Shown here piece after piece: positions 27,845 to 36,476 of a stretch of 64,000 nt of DNA. The DNA is from Solirubrobacterales bacterium (GTDB taxonomy: Bacteria > Actinomycetota > Thermoleophilia > Solirubrobacterales > Solirubrobacteraceae): assembly GCA_027315115.1 (NCBI GenBank), contig DAHUYQ010000010.1, forward strand, positions 28,679 to 92,678, read 5' to 3'. The notes under the pieces were generated by a model. That model worked only from the letters and a program-made list of their open reading frames with translations, did not search any database and had not been told where the DNA came from. The translations under genes were made by a program, and so were the position numbers. Numbering within the stretch: the first letter of the stretch is position 1; each line of letters starts with the position of its first letter.

Positions 27845-28579
27845 TCAGCTCATCGGCATGGCGGCCAGCAGGCCGCCGTCCACCGGCACGACAGCACCTG
27901 TCATGTAGGGAGTCCCAGCCACCCAGTCGACGACCGTGGCAATCTCCTCCGGGGTCGCCGTGCGCCCGATCGGGATCGCCGCGATGATCCGCTCGCGCGC
28001 ACGCGGGTCGAGCGCGGCTGTCATCTCGGTGTCGGTAAAGCCCGGCACCACGAGGTTCACCGTGATGCCCTTGCGGGCGAGCTCGACCGCAAGCACCTTC
28101 GTGAGGCCGGTCAAGCCCCCCTTGGCCGCGCCATAGGCGCTGTCGCCCGGAAACCCGCGCAGGCCGACGACTGCGCCGATGTTGACGATCGCCGCACCCG
28201 CCTGCATGTGCCCGAGCGCCAGTCGCGACATCGACCACGGCGCCGCGAGGTCGACGTCCAGCACCGCCGCGAAGTCGTCGGGGTGAAGGCGCGTTATCCG
28301 GCCGCTGCGATGGATCCCCGCATTGTTGACCAGCACATCGAGCGCGCCGAAGCGCGCGACCGTCTCGGACACCATCGCCTCCCGCGCTTGGGGATCGGCG
28401 ACATCGGCGGCGATTCCGAGGGCACGCTCGCCCATCTGCGCGGCGATCTCCAGTACCTCCCGGCCGCGCGCCACCAGAGCGACATTCTCCTCGCGCGCAA
28501 TCGCGCGGCGCGCGAGCGCGAGCCCGACGCCTCGCGATCCCCCTGTGATCAACCATGTGCGTGACACGGCGCGAAGCAT
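27845..28579 (-). CDS. Classical SDR (FabG-like)
   Basis: TGGSRGVG, NNAG, YGAAK. Confidence 0.88.
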   Translation of the reverse strand: MLRAVSRTWLITGGSRGVGLALARRAIAREENVALVARGREVLEIAAQMGERALGIAADVADPQAREAMVSETVARFGALDVLVNNAGIHRSGRITRLHPDDFAAVLDVDLAAPWSMSRLALGHMQAGAAIVNIGAVVGLRGFPGDSAYGAAKGGLTGLTKVLAVELARKGITVNLVVPGFTDTEMTAALDPRARERIIAAIPIGRTATPEEIATVVDWVAGTPYMTGAVVPVDGGLLAAMPMS

Positions 28580-28622
28580 CGCCGAGCCACGACGCTTTCA
28601 CATGCGCCGACGCGGAGGCGCC

Positions 28623-28638
28623 TTGGAGGAATGCACAA
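28623..28638. promoter_or_regulatory. TTGK-N8-MCAA palindrome
   Basis: TTGG-aggaatgc-ACAA in the divergent SDR/LLM gap. Confidence 0.62.
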
Positions 28639-28779
28639 CCCCGGCGGCGTTGGCAGACCACGGCCGCGGCGGCATGGGCGTTAGATGTCGTCAGCTGATT
28701 CGCGGCGCCGGCGGCCGTACGCCGCGGTGGCGCGGCCGCAGACGTCACAGCTTGAAAGCGTCAATCGAGGGAGCCCGGA

Positions 28780-29886
28780 ATGAAGTTCGGTTTGTTCTAT
28801 GTATTGGAGTGCCCCGACCACGATTACCGGCGGGCGTACGCGGAAATGCTCGACCAGATCGAGTATGCCGAGAGCCTCGGCTTCGACAAGGTGTGGCTGG
28901 CCGAGCACCACGGCTCCGACTATGGGTCCATGCCCTCCCCGCAGGTCGCCGCCGCTGCGATCGCCGAGCGCACCAGCACGATGCGGATCGGCGTGGCCGT
29001 CAGCAACATCACCTTCGCTCACCCGGTGCGCATCGCCGAGGACTACGCGATGGTCGACAACATCAGCAACGGTCGCCTCGACTTCGGCGTGGGGCGCGGC
29101 TACCAGCCCCGCGAGTTTCACGCGATGGGCATGGACGACAAGATGTCCCACAGCCGCGAGATCTTCGCCGAGTCCCTGGACATCATCCAGGGGCTTTGGA
29201 GCAACGAGAAATTCTCGTACGAGGGCAAACACTTCAGGCTCGAAGACGTCGACTGCCGTCCCAAGCCCGTGCAGTCGCCGCCCCCGATCTACGTGGCGGC
29301 GATCAGCCCCCAGACATTCGACCTGGTCGCCGAACAGGGCCACAACATGCTGATCACGCCGACGCTGATGACGCTGCCGGAACTGACGGACTTCGCCATC
29401 GAGGCCAAGCGCAAGCTGATCGCGCACGGCCGCGACCCGTTGACGCTGAACTTCCCGATGAACTGGCAGATCCACCTTGCGCCCACCGAGGAGCAGGCGC
29501 TGGCGGAGACCGAGAGCGCGTTCCTGTGGTACTTCGACGAGGTGATGAAGCACGTGCCTCAGGGCGCCAACGTGCCGCCCACCTACGAGCGCTATGCCGA
29601 ACTCGCCGCCGCGGCGGCAGAGGCCGGCGGGCTGTCGGTCGCCGGCCTGCGCGAAGGCGGCATCGTGCTGCTGGGCACGCCGGATGATGCCATCAGCGAG
29701 CTCAGCCGTCTGCACGACGAGATGGGCCTGCAGGAAATCTCCTGCTGGATGCGCATCGGCGGGCTTGACGACAAGGCGGTGCGCTCGTCGATCAAGCTGA
29801 TGGCCGAGGAGGTCATCCCGGCGCTCAAGGATGCCGGGCCGGTCATCCCGAAGCCGCTGCGAGACGAGGCGTCGGTGAACGTGTAG
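28780..29886 (+). CDS. LLM class flavin-dependent oxidoreductase
   Basis: WLAEHH, HPVRIAED.AMVDNISNGRLDFGVGRGY. Confidence 0.93.
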   Translation: MKFGLFYVLECPDHDYRRAYAEMLDQIEYAESLGFDKVWLAEHHGSDYGSMPSPQVAAAAIAERTSTMRIGVAVSNITFAHPVRIAEDYAMVDNISNGRLDFGVGRGYQPREFHAMGMDDKMSHSREIFAESLDIIQGLWSNEKFSYEGKHFRLEDVDCRPKPVQSPPPIYVAAISPQTFDLVAEQGHNMLITPTLMTLPELTDFAIEAKRKLIAHGRDPLTLNFPMNWQIHLAPTEEQALAETESAFLWYFDEVMKHVPQGANVPPTYERYAELAAAAAEAGGLSVAGLREGGIVLLGTPDDAISELSRLHDEMGLQEISCWMRIGGLDDKAVRSSIKLMAEEVIPALKDAGPVIPKPLRDEASVNV

Positions 29887-29903
29887 GCCGACGCGTCGCT
29901 GTA

Positions 29904-29975
29904 GGTCCGGCGGCGGCGTTCTCGTCGCGCCGGACCGGCTTTACGGCCGGGTCGCTCGGGCGGAGCGACCCGGCC
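29904..29975. terminator. Two tandem GC hairpins between co-oriented genes
   Basis: 9-bp stem 29904-29936 and 13-bp perfect stem ggccgggtcgctc/gagcgacccggcc at 29945-29975. Confidence 0.5.
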
Positions 29976-30019
29976 ACGAGCCGGGAGTCCGGTCAAGTGG
30001 AGCGATAGGGAGGTACGAG

Positions 30020-30823
30020 GTGGCTTATCTGGAGGTCGACGGCGGACGTCGTCTCTACTACGAGGACCATCGAGGCGACGGCCGTGCGGTCGTGCTGATC
30101 CACGGTTGGGGCGTGAGCACCCGCTGCTGGGACACGGTGCTGCCGGCGCTCTGGGAGCAGGGCAGTCGCGTGGTCACGCTGGACCTGCGTTGCAACGGAC
30201 GGTCGGACAAGGACTTCTCCGACGTCTCGATCGACGCGCTCGGGGGTGACGTCGTCGCGCTCGTCGACGCGCTGCGGCTGCAGCGGCCCGTGCTCAACGG
30301 CTGGTCGGCCGGGGGCGCGGTGGTGGTCGAGGCGGCCGCGCGGCTCGGAAGCCGTCTCGGCGGGCTCGTGCTGACCGGCGGCGCTACGCCCCGCTACACC
30401 AAAGCGGCCGACTGGGAGTGGGGCGACACGCTCGAGGGGGTGCAGGGCACGATCGCCGCGATCCGAGCCGATCGCGCGACCGTGCTGGCCGGCGTCGCCG
30501 CAGCCGTCTGCAACGTCGACGTCGGCCAGCGCGTGGTCGACTGGATGCACGGCATGTTCCTGGAAGCCGGACCGCGCGGGGACGAGTGGCTGATAGACCT
30601 CGCGCAGGTCGACCAGCGTGGACAGCTCGGCCAGATCGCCGCGCCGTCGCTGGTGCTTGCCGGTCGTCACGACACATTCGTCGCGCACGACGCTCAGGCG
30701 GCGGCCGCCGAGTTGCTGCCCGACGCGCGCCTCGTCAGCTTCGAGCAGAGCGGGCACGCTCCGTTCCTCGAGGAGGGCGAGAGGTACTGCCGCGAGCTCG
30801 TCGACTTCGTCGCCGCGCTATAG
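30020..30823 (+). CDS. Alpha/beta hydrolase (non-heme haloperoxidase/lactonase-like)
   Basis: LIHGW, GWSAGG nucleophile elbow, GRHD, SGHAPF triad. Confidence 0.9.
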   Translation: MAYLEVDGGRRLYYEDHRGDGRAVVLIHGWGVSTRCWDTVLPALWEQGSRVVTLDLRCNGRSDKDFSDVSIDALGGDVVALVDALRLQRPVLNGWSAGGAVVVEAAARLGSRLGGLVLTGGATPRYTKAADWEWGDTLEGVQGTIAAIRADRATVLAGVAAAVCNVDVGQRVVDWMHGMFLEAGPRGDEWLIDLAQVDQRGQLGQIAAPSLVLAGRHDTFVAHDAQAAAAELLPDARLVSFEQSGHAPFLEEGERYCRELVDFVAAL

Positions 30824-30840
30824 CCCACAAGGAGGATCAA

Positions 30841-31902
30841 ATGACCGACGAGACAACGACCTCGCGTGACGAGGTCCGCTTCGGGCTCTGGTACGACTTT
30901 CGCAACCCGGCCCAGTGGCGGCGTCCGTTCGAGCAGCTCTACGCGCAGGTGCTCGAGCAGATCGCCTGGGCCGAGGAGCTCGGCTTCGGCTCGGTGTGGC
31001 TGACCGAGCATCACTTCTGCGATGACGGCTACACGCCGTCCCCGCTGGTGATCGCCGCCGCGATCGGTGCGCGCACCAAGGACATGCGGATCGCCACGAA
31101 TCTGATGCTGCCGGCGCTGCACAACCCCGTGCGACTCGCCGAGGATGCCGCCACGCTGGGCATTCTCACCGACGGCCGCTTCGACCTCGGCGTGGCGATC
31201 GGATATCGCGAGGTCGAGTTCGACGCCTTCGGCCAGCGTGTCGTCAACCGTGTCAGCCTGCTCGAAGAGAGCGCCGCGATCGCGCGCAAGGCCTGGGCTG
31301 GCGAGTCTGTCGCCTTCGAGGGCAAACGCTTCCGGCTGCCAGACGTGCGCGTCTCGCCTGTGCCCACGCGCACCCCCGGGCTCCTGATCGGCGGCATGAC
31401 CGAGCCCGCGATCGAGCGCGCCGCCCGGCTCGGCGATGGCTTCCTGAGCACTCAGAACGAACACCATCAGATGTACATCGACGCGCTGGAGCGGCTCGGC
31501 CGCGACCCGCTCGAGGGTCGCATCTACGCCGGTCAGTGGACGATCGTCGACGAGGACCCTGAGCGCACCTGGGCGGCGATCGGCGACCACGCCCTCTACC
31601 AGCTCAACGAGTACATCGGCTGGGGCTCCTTCGGGCCGCCCGACCAGGTGCCGCGCTTCGAGAATCGCGATCAGATCGTCGAGGGCGGCGGCTTCGTGCT
31701 GCGGGACGGGCCGGCCGAGGTGGAGATGCTGGTCGAGATGCTGACTGCGCGCCCCCAGATCCGCGACGTGCACTTCTGGGCGCGACTGCCCGGGGAGCCG
31801 GTCGAGAGCGGCTCGCGGCGGATGCAGTACATCGCCACTCACGTGATCCCACAGGTCCGTGCGCGGCTGGCCGCGCACTCCTCCGACGCGCTCGCCGGCT
31901 GA
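30841..31902 (+). CDS. LLM class flavin-dependent oxidoreductase
   Basis: WLTEHHF, NPVRLAEDAA.L.ILTDGRFDLGVAIGY; aggagg SD upstream. Confidence 0.93.
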   Translation: MTDETTTSRDEVRFGLWYDFRNPAQWRRPFEQLYAQVLEQIAWAEELGFGSVWLTEHHFCDDGYTPSPLVIAAAIGARTKDMRIATNLMLPALHNPVRLAEDAATLGILTDGRFDLGVAIGYREVEFDAFGQRVVNRVSLLEESAAIARKAWAGESVAFEGKRFRLPDVRVSPVPTRTPGLLIGGMTEPAIERAARLGDGFLSTQNEHHQMYIDALERLGRDPLEGRIYAGQWTIVDEDPERTWAAIGDHALYQLNEYIGWGSFGPPDQVPRFENRDQIVEGGGFVLRDGPAEVEMLVEMLTARPQIRDVHFWARLPGEPVESGSRRMQYIATHVIPQVRARLAAHSSDALAG

Positions 31903-31932
31903 ATGCGCGGGGGTTGACAAGCGGGGTGACTT

Positions 31933-33033
31933 GTGGCCATTCTTGTCGCATGGGGCCATCCAATCGCGGCCGGGGATCGGCAGCCCGAGCCGGGGTGCGT
32001 CGCAGATCATGCCGGTGAGGCTCCGGGCGCCCAGATGCCACGCCGGCGCGGCGGTTGCGCGCGGCGAGCGCTTCCGGGGCATCGTGCACGCGCACCGCTG
32101 GAGCTTCGTGGCGGCCGGCGTCCTGCCCGCAGGTCGCGTGGCCGCCGTTCCGGCGCTGCCGAGCCCGACTGGCAGGCCGCGGAATCGCTCCTGGCGGAGC
32201 TCGTGCACGGCGAGCGTCGCGCCGGTCCGCTGGAGGGCCGCGCGAGCCTGCTCGGCGTCCCGCTGTCAAGGCCACATGTGCTCGTGCTGGTCACCAGTCG
32301 CGAGCGTCGCGTGCCGCTGCCGTCCTCGCGCGAGGTCAGCGGCGCCTTCACGGCCGCCGGCGGGTATGTGACCGTGCTCGCCGCCGGTTTCGCTGGGGGA
32401 GTGGTCGCGATGGTGCCTGTGCCCGACGGTCCCGTGAGAGGCGTCATCGACGCCGTTCGGGAGCTGGTCGCGGGCGTGCTGGAGCGATTGTCGGCCGATG
32501 GCCCGCTGATCGGCGCCGTCTCGACGATCTGCCGCTGTGCGCAGGACTACGTGGGCGCCTACAACGAAATTCGCGAGGTCGCCGAGCTTGCGCAGCGCAT
32601 GTATGGCGAGAGAGTCAACACCGTGCTGGCCGTCGACGACTTCGGAGCCGGCCGTCTGCTCCTGCTCGGCAACGACCGGCATCTGGCCGAGCGCTTCGTC
32701 GTCGATGTGCTCGGCTCGCTGCTGGACCCCGACGACGGAAAGCAGGTCGACCTGCTGAGAACGCTGGCGGCATTTCTCGGCGTCTCGCACAACGTCCGCC
32801 GTTGCGCCGAGCGCCTTGGTGTACACGAGAACACGGTTCGCTACCGCCTCGCTCGCATCGAGCAGATGACCGGCCTGGCCGTCAGCGTCGACTCCGACGC
32901 CCAGTTGACGGTCCAGCTCGCGCTGCTGGTGCTGCGCCTGCAGGGACGCCTGCCGTATGAACATGGCGTCCGGCGCGAGCGGTCAGGCCGATGCGACGGG
33001 GCGCCACCGCCGGCGGCCCACGGCGGAGCTTGA
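31933..33033 (+). pseudogene. N-terminally truncated/degenerate PucR-CdaR family regulator
   Basis: C-terminal LGVHENTVRYRLARIE HTH and GGDEF-like region align by eye with 36477-38372; no GAF domain; 5' part looks out of frame. Confidence 0.6.
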
Positions 33034-33154
33034 GACGACGCCGATGCCGAGCGGTGCGCGTTGCGTGGCTGAGAGCGCCGAGCGGCCTGGCCGGGGGGAT
33101 CTGCCTCGTGCGCGCCCCTGGCGCGATCGGTGGGCTCGGTCGCCTGAGGCGCCG

Positions 33155-34321
33155 GTGCCGGCGGCGATCGCCGAGCTGCTGCGCGGCCGGCCGCTGGTGG
33201 TCGTCGACGAGCGCGGCGATGGCCAGGTGGTCGTCGCGGGCGCGCGGGTGCGACCGGCCACGATCTCGTTCATGGCCGTGCATGCGTGCGGGCCGGTGTC
33301 GGTCGCGATCGCGCCCAAGCGTGCAAATGAGCTTGGCCTGCGCCTGCAGCCGGGTCGTAGCGGCCGACCGTTCCTGGTGTCGGTCGAGGCGCGCTCAGGC
33401 GTGACGACCGGCATCTCGGCGGCGGATCGCGCTCGAACGATCGCATTGCTCGCCGAGGTGACCACGGCGCCGGCGCAGCTCACGACGCCTGGCCACATCG
33501 CGCTGATCGCGACCGACGTCGACGGCGTGCTCGGCAGGAGCGGAGTCGAGGAGGCGGCGGTCGATCTGACGCGGCTCGCCGGGCTGCAGCCGGTTGCGGC
33601 TGTCTGCCCGATCATGGACGGTCAGGGTCGGCCGGCGAGCGGCGCCACCGTGTCGGGCTTCTGCGCCGAACACGGTCTGCGTCTGCTGCGCGCAGCCGAG
33701 CTGATCACATACCGTCGCTGTCGCGAGGAGGCTGTCGAGCGGGTCGTCGAGACGCGCCTGCCGACGTCTGCCGGCACTTTCCAAGCGCTCGGCTACCGTT
33801 CGCTTTGCAGCGGCGACGAGCACCTCGCGCTGGTCTGCGGCCAGCCGGGCGGGGCGCAGCGCGTCCCTGTGCGAGTCCAGCGCCATTGCGTGCTCGGCGA
33901 GGCGCTGCACGCGCGCAGCTGCGGCTGTCGCGCGCATCTCGACGCGGCGATAGCGGCGATCCAGGCGCACGGCTGCGGCGTGATCGTCCAGCCGGCCGCG
34001 CACCGGGCGCCCGGCATCTCCGCCCACTGGCCGGCGAGCCCGGCGGCCGCCCGCGCCGGGCGTGGATGCGAAGCGCAGGCAGATCACGTCGGAGGCGAGA
34101 CGACGGCGGGCGGTCCGGCCGAGCTGGCTGCGCTGCGCCACGAGAACGCGCTGGTGGCGCGCATCCTGTGCGACATCGGCCTCGGATCCGCGGTGCTGCT
34201 GTGCGCTCCCGGTGAGTGCCCGCGCCACCTCGAGCCGCACGGCGTGGCGGTCGCAGGCCACGCGGCCCTCGACTTCCAGCCAGCAGACATCCGATCAGCA
34301 GAGGGAGCGGCAAGTGCCTAG
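33155..34321 (+). CDS. Degenerate RibBA-like (DHBP synthase/GTP cyclohydrolase II) protein
   Basis: TTGISAADRARTI, PGHI, EAAVDL, LPT..GTF and three GCHII Zn Cys are kept, but catalytic motifs of both domains are altered. Confidence 0.75.
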   Translation: MPAAIAELLRGRPLVVVDERGDGQVVVAGARVRPATISFMAVHACGPVSVAIAPKRANELGLRLQPGRSGRPFLVSVEARSGVTTGISAADRARTIALLAEVTTAPAQLTTPGHIALIATDVDGVLGRSGVEEAAVDLTRLAGLQPVAAVCPIMDGQGRPASGATVSGFCAEHGLRLLRAAELITYRRCREEAVERVVETRLPTSAGTFQALGYRSLCSGDEHLALVCGQPGGAQRVPVRVQRHCVLGEALHARSCGCRAHLDAAIAAIQAHGCGVIVQPAAHRAPGISAHWPASPAAARAGRGCEAQADHVGGETTAGGPAELAALRHENALVARILCDIGLGSAVLLCAPGECPRHLEPHGVAVAGHAALDFQPADIRSAEGAASA

Positions 34322-34658
34322 ATTGCAGGGTGCCTACTATCTGACCGGCGACATGGACCGGGCCGTCGCCTTCTATCGCGACACGCTCGGTCTTGCGTTG
34401 AAGTTCCAGGACGGACTCGAATGGGCCCAGTTCGACGGAGGGGGAGCGAGCTTCGCGCTCGCCTCGCCGGCCGAGGGCGCCAGCGGTGCGGTCGGGGCGA
34501 CGGTGATCTTCGAGGTCGACGACCTCGATGCCCGCCGCGCGGCGCTCGAGCGGGTGGGCGTGGAGATCGTGGAAAGCCGCGAGGTCTCGCACGGTCGCTC
34601 GCTCGCTTTCAAGGATCCTGACGGCAACCTCGTGCAGCTCTTCCAACGGGCGGGCTGA
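34314..34658 (+). CDS. VOC family protein
   Basis: DMDRAVAFYRDTLGL, FEVDDLD, FKDPDGN. Confidence 0.88.
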   Translation: MPRLQGAYYLTGDMDRAVAFYRDTLGLALKFQDGLEWAQFDGGGASFALASPAEGASGAVGATVIFEVDDLDARRAALERVGVEIVESREVSHGRSLAFKDPDGNLVQLFQRAG

Positions 34659-34662
34659 GGGC

Positions 34663-35424
34663 GTGGTGGGCTACCGCAGCGCGGGCCATCATGCGGTGCT
34701 GACGATCGAACGGCCGCAAGCGCGCAACGCGGTCGACCCGGCCGTCGCGACCGGCATCGAGCAGGCGCTCGACCGCGCTGAAGCCGACCGGCAGGTGCGC
34801 GTGGTGATCCTCACGGGCGCACCGCCCGCGTTCTGCGCCGGCGCCGACCTGAAGGCCCTCGCCGCCGGTGAAGGCGACCGCCTGTCGACCGCTCGCGGCG
34901 GCTTTGCGGGGATCGTCGCTCGTCGCCGCAGCAAGCCGCTGATCGCCGCCGTCGATGGACCGGCGCTGGCGGGCGGCACCGAGATCGTGCTGGCCTGCGA
35001 TCTGGTCGTAGCCTCGCGCGCCGCCAGCTTCGGCGTGCCCGAGGTGAAGCGTGGCTTGATCGCCGGCGCCGGCGCCCTCTTCCGATTGGGTGCCAAGCTG
35101 CCGCCCAATCTCGCCATGGAGATGGTGTTGACGGGCGACCGCCTCGACGCGGTCGCCGCCCACGCGCATGGCTTGGTCAACCGCCTGTGCGCGCCCGGCC
35201 AAGCACTCGCCGGCGCTGTCGAGATGGCAGAGCGGATCGCCGCCAACGCGCCCCTGGCGCTCGCCACCGCTCGCGCGGTGATGCTCGACAGCGCAGGCAT
35301 GACCGAACGCCAGGCCTGGGCCCGCACCGCCGAGGGCAACCGCACGGTGCTCGCCTCCGAAGATGTGCGCGAGGGCATCGCGGCCTTCGTCGAGAAGCGC
35401 ACACCGATCTGGACCGGGCGCTGA
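34663..35424 (+). CDS. Enoyl-CoA hydratase
   Basis: AFCAGADL, ALAGGTE, PEVKRGL. Confidence 0.93.
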   Translation: MVGYRSAGHHAVLTIERPQARNAVDPAVATGIEQALDRAEADRQVRVVILTGAPPAFCAGADLKALAAGEGDRLSTARGGFAGIVARRRSKPLIAAVDGPALAGGTEIVLACDLVVASRAASFGVPEVKRGLIAGAGALFRLGAKLPPNLAMEMVLTGDRLDAVAAHAHGLVNRLCAPGQALAGAVEMAERIAANAPLALATARAVMLDSAGMTERQAWARTAEGNRTVLASEDVREGIAAFVEKRTPIWTGR

Positions 35425-35486
35425 CGGTGCGAGGGCGCGGCTTCTCCGAAGGCGTGGGCGGTGATTCGGTGATTGGATGCGGACAC

Positions 35487-36248
35487 CTACCAGTTGCGCC
35501 CGTTTACCGACCAGCCTCCGTCGACCGGATAGGTGAGGCCGCTGCAGAAGTCCCCGTCGGGCGAGAAGAAGTAAGCCATCATGCCCGCTATCTCCTCGGG
35601 CCGGCCGAGCCGCTTGATCAGGTGCGAGTTGGCGTTCGATTCGCGCATCTCGTCGGTGATGTCCTTGAGGATCGGCGTGTCGATGGTGCCGGGCGCGATC
35701 GCATTGACCAGGATGTTGTCCTTGCTGAATTCGAGCGCGGTCTGGATCGTAAGGCCCATCACGCCGGCCTTGGCGGCGGAGTAGGACGCCAGGTTCTCCA
35801 ACCCCTTGATCGCCGCCAGGGAGGAGATGTTGACGATCTTGCCGCCGCCCTGCTCGATCATGCCGGGAATCACGGCCTGCATCCCGAGCCACACGCCTCG
35901 CAGATCGGTGCCGATCACGGTGTCCCACGCCTCGTCTGTGAGGCCGACGACGTTGTCGGGAGAGAGCATGTTGACGACGCCGGCCACGTTGCCGAGCAGG
36001 TCGACGCGACCGAAGCGCTCCCTGGTCTCGGCGACCGCGCGCTGCCAGTCCTCGCGCTTGCGCACGTCCATCACCACGCGGTGCGCCTCGCCGCCGGCGG
36101 CGAGTATCTCCTGCACGGTGGTGTCGTCGTCTTGGATGTCGCAGATGACCACCTGGGCGCCCTCCTGCGCGCAACGTTGCGCGCATGCGCGCCCTATGCC
36201 CTGCACTCCGCCGCTGATGATCGCGACCTTGCCGTCGAGTCTTTTCAT
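35487..36248 (-). CDS. Classical SDR oxidoreductase
   Basis: ISGGVQGIG, NISS, YSAAK. Confidence 0.92.
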   Translation of the reverse strand: MKRLDGKVAIISGGVQGIGRACAQRCAQEGAQVVICDIQDDDTTVQEILAAGGEAHRVVMDVRKREDWQRAVAETRERFGRVDLLGNVAGVVNMLSPDNVVGLTDEAWDTVIGTDLRGVWLGMQAVIPGMIEQGGGKIVNISSLAAIKGLENLASYSAAKAGVMGLTIQTALEFSKDNILVNAIAPGTIDTPILKDITDEMRESNANSHLIKRLGRPEEIAGMMAYFFSPDGDFCSGLTYPVDGGWSVNGRNW

Positions 36249-36329
36249 CCTTCACCTCACCTGGTTCATAGTGACGCTGCCAGTGTCTTGCACAGCGGCT
36301 GGCGCGCTGCCAGCCTCGCCACGTATCCG

Positions 36330-36345
36330 TTGGCGAGATCTCCAA
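36330..36345. promoter_or_regulatory. TTGK-N8-MCAA palindrome
   Basis: cgTTGG-cgagatct-CCAAgc in the divergent gap in front of the GAF-PucR regulator. Confidence 0.65.
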
Positions 36346-36476
36346 GCGAGAGGCGGCGGCCGCCATGACCGGCGCGGCAGCATCGGTAGTCGCCATCCTC
36401 GAGTGCGCCGGCGGTAATTTCACCATCGCAGCCGCTTGCGTCACCAGAATTGTGCTTTGAGGGAAGGGAGAGATGT

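Noticed and set aside
27845-36248. SDRs at 27845 and 35487 as mycofactocin-coupled
   Set aside because: They lack the PY-containing insertion after the first Asp that marks the other four SDRs
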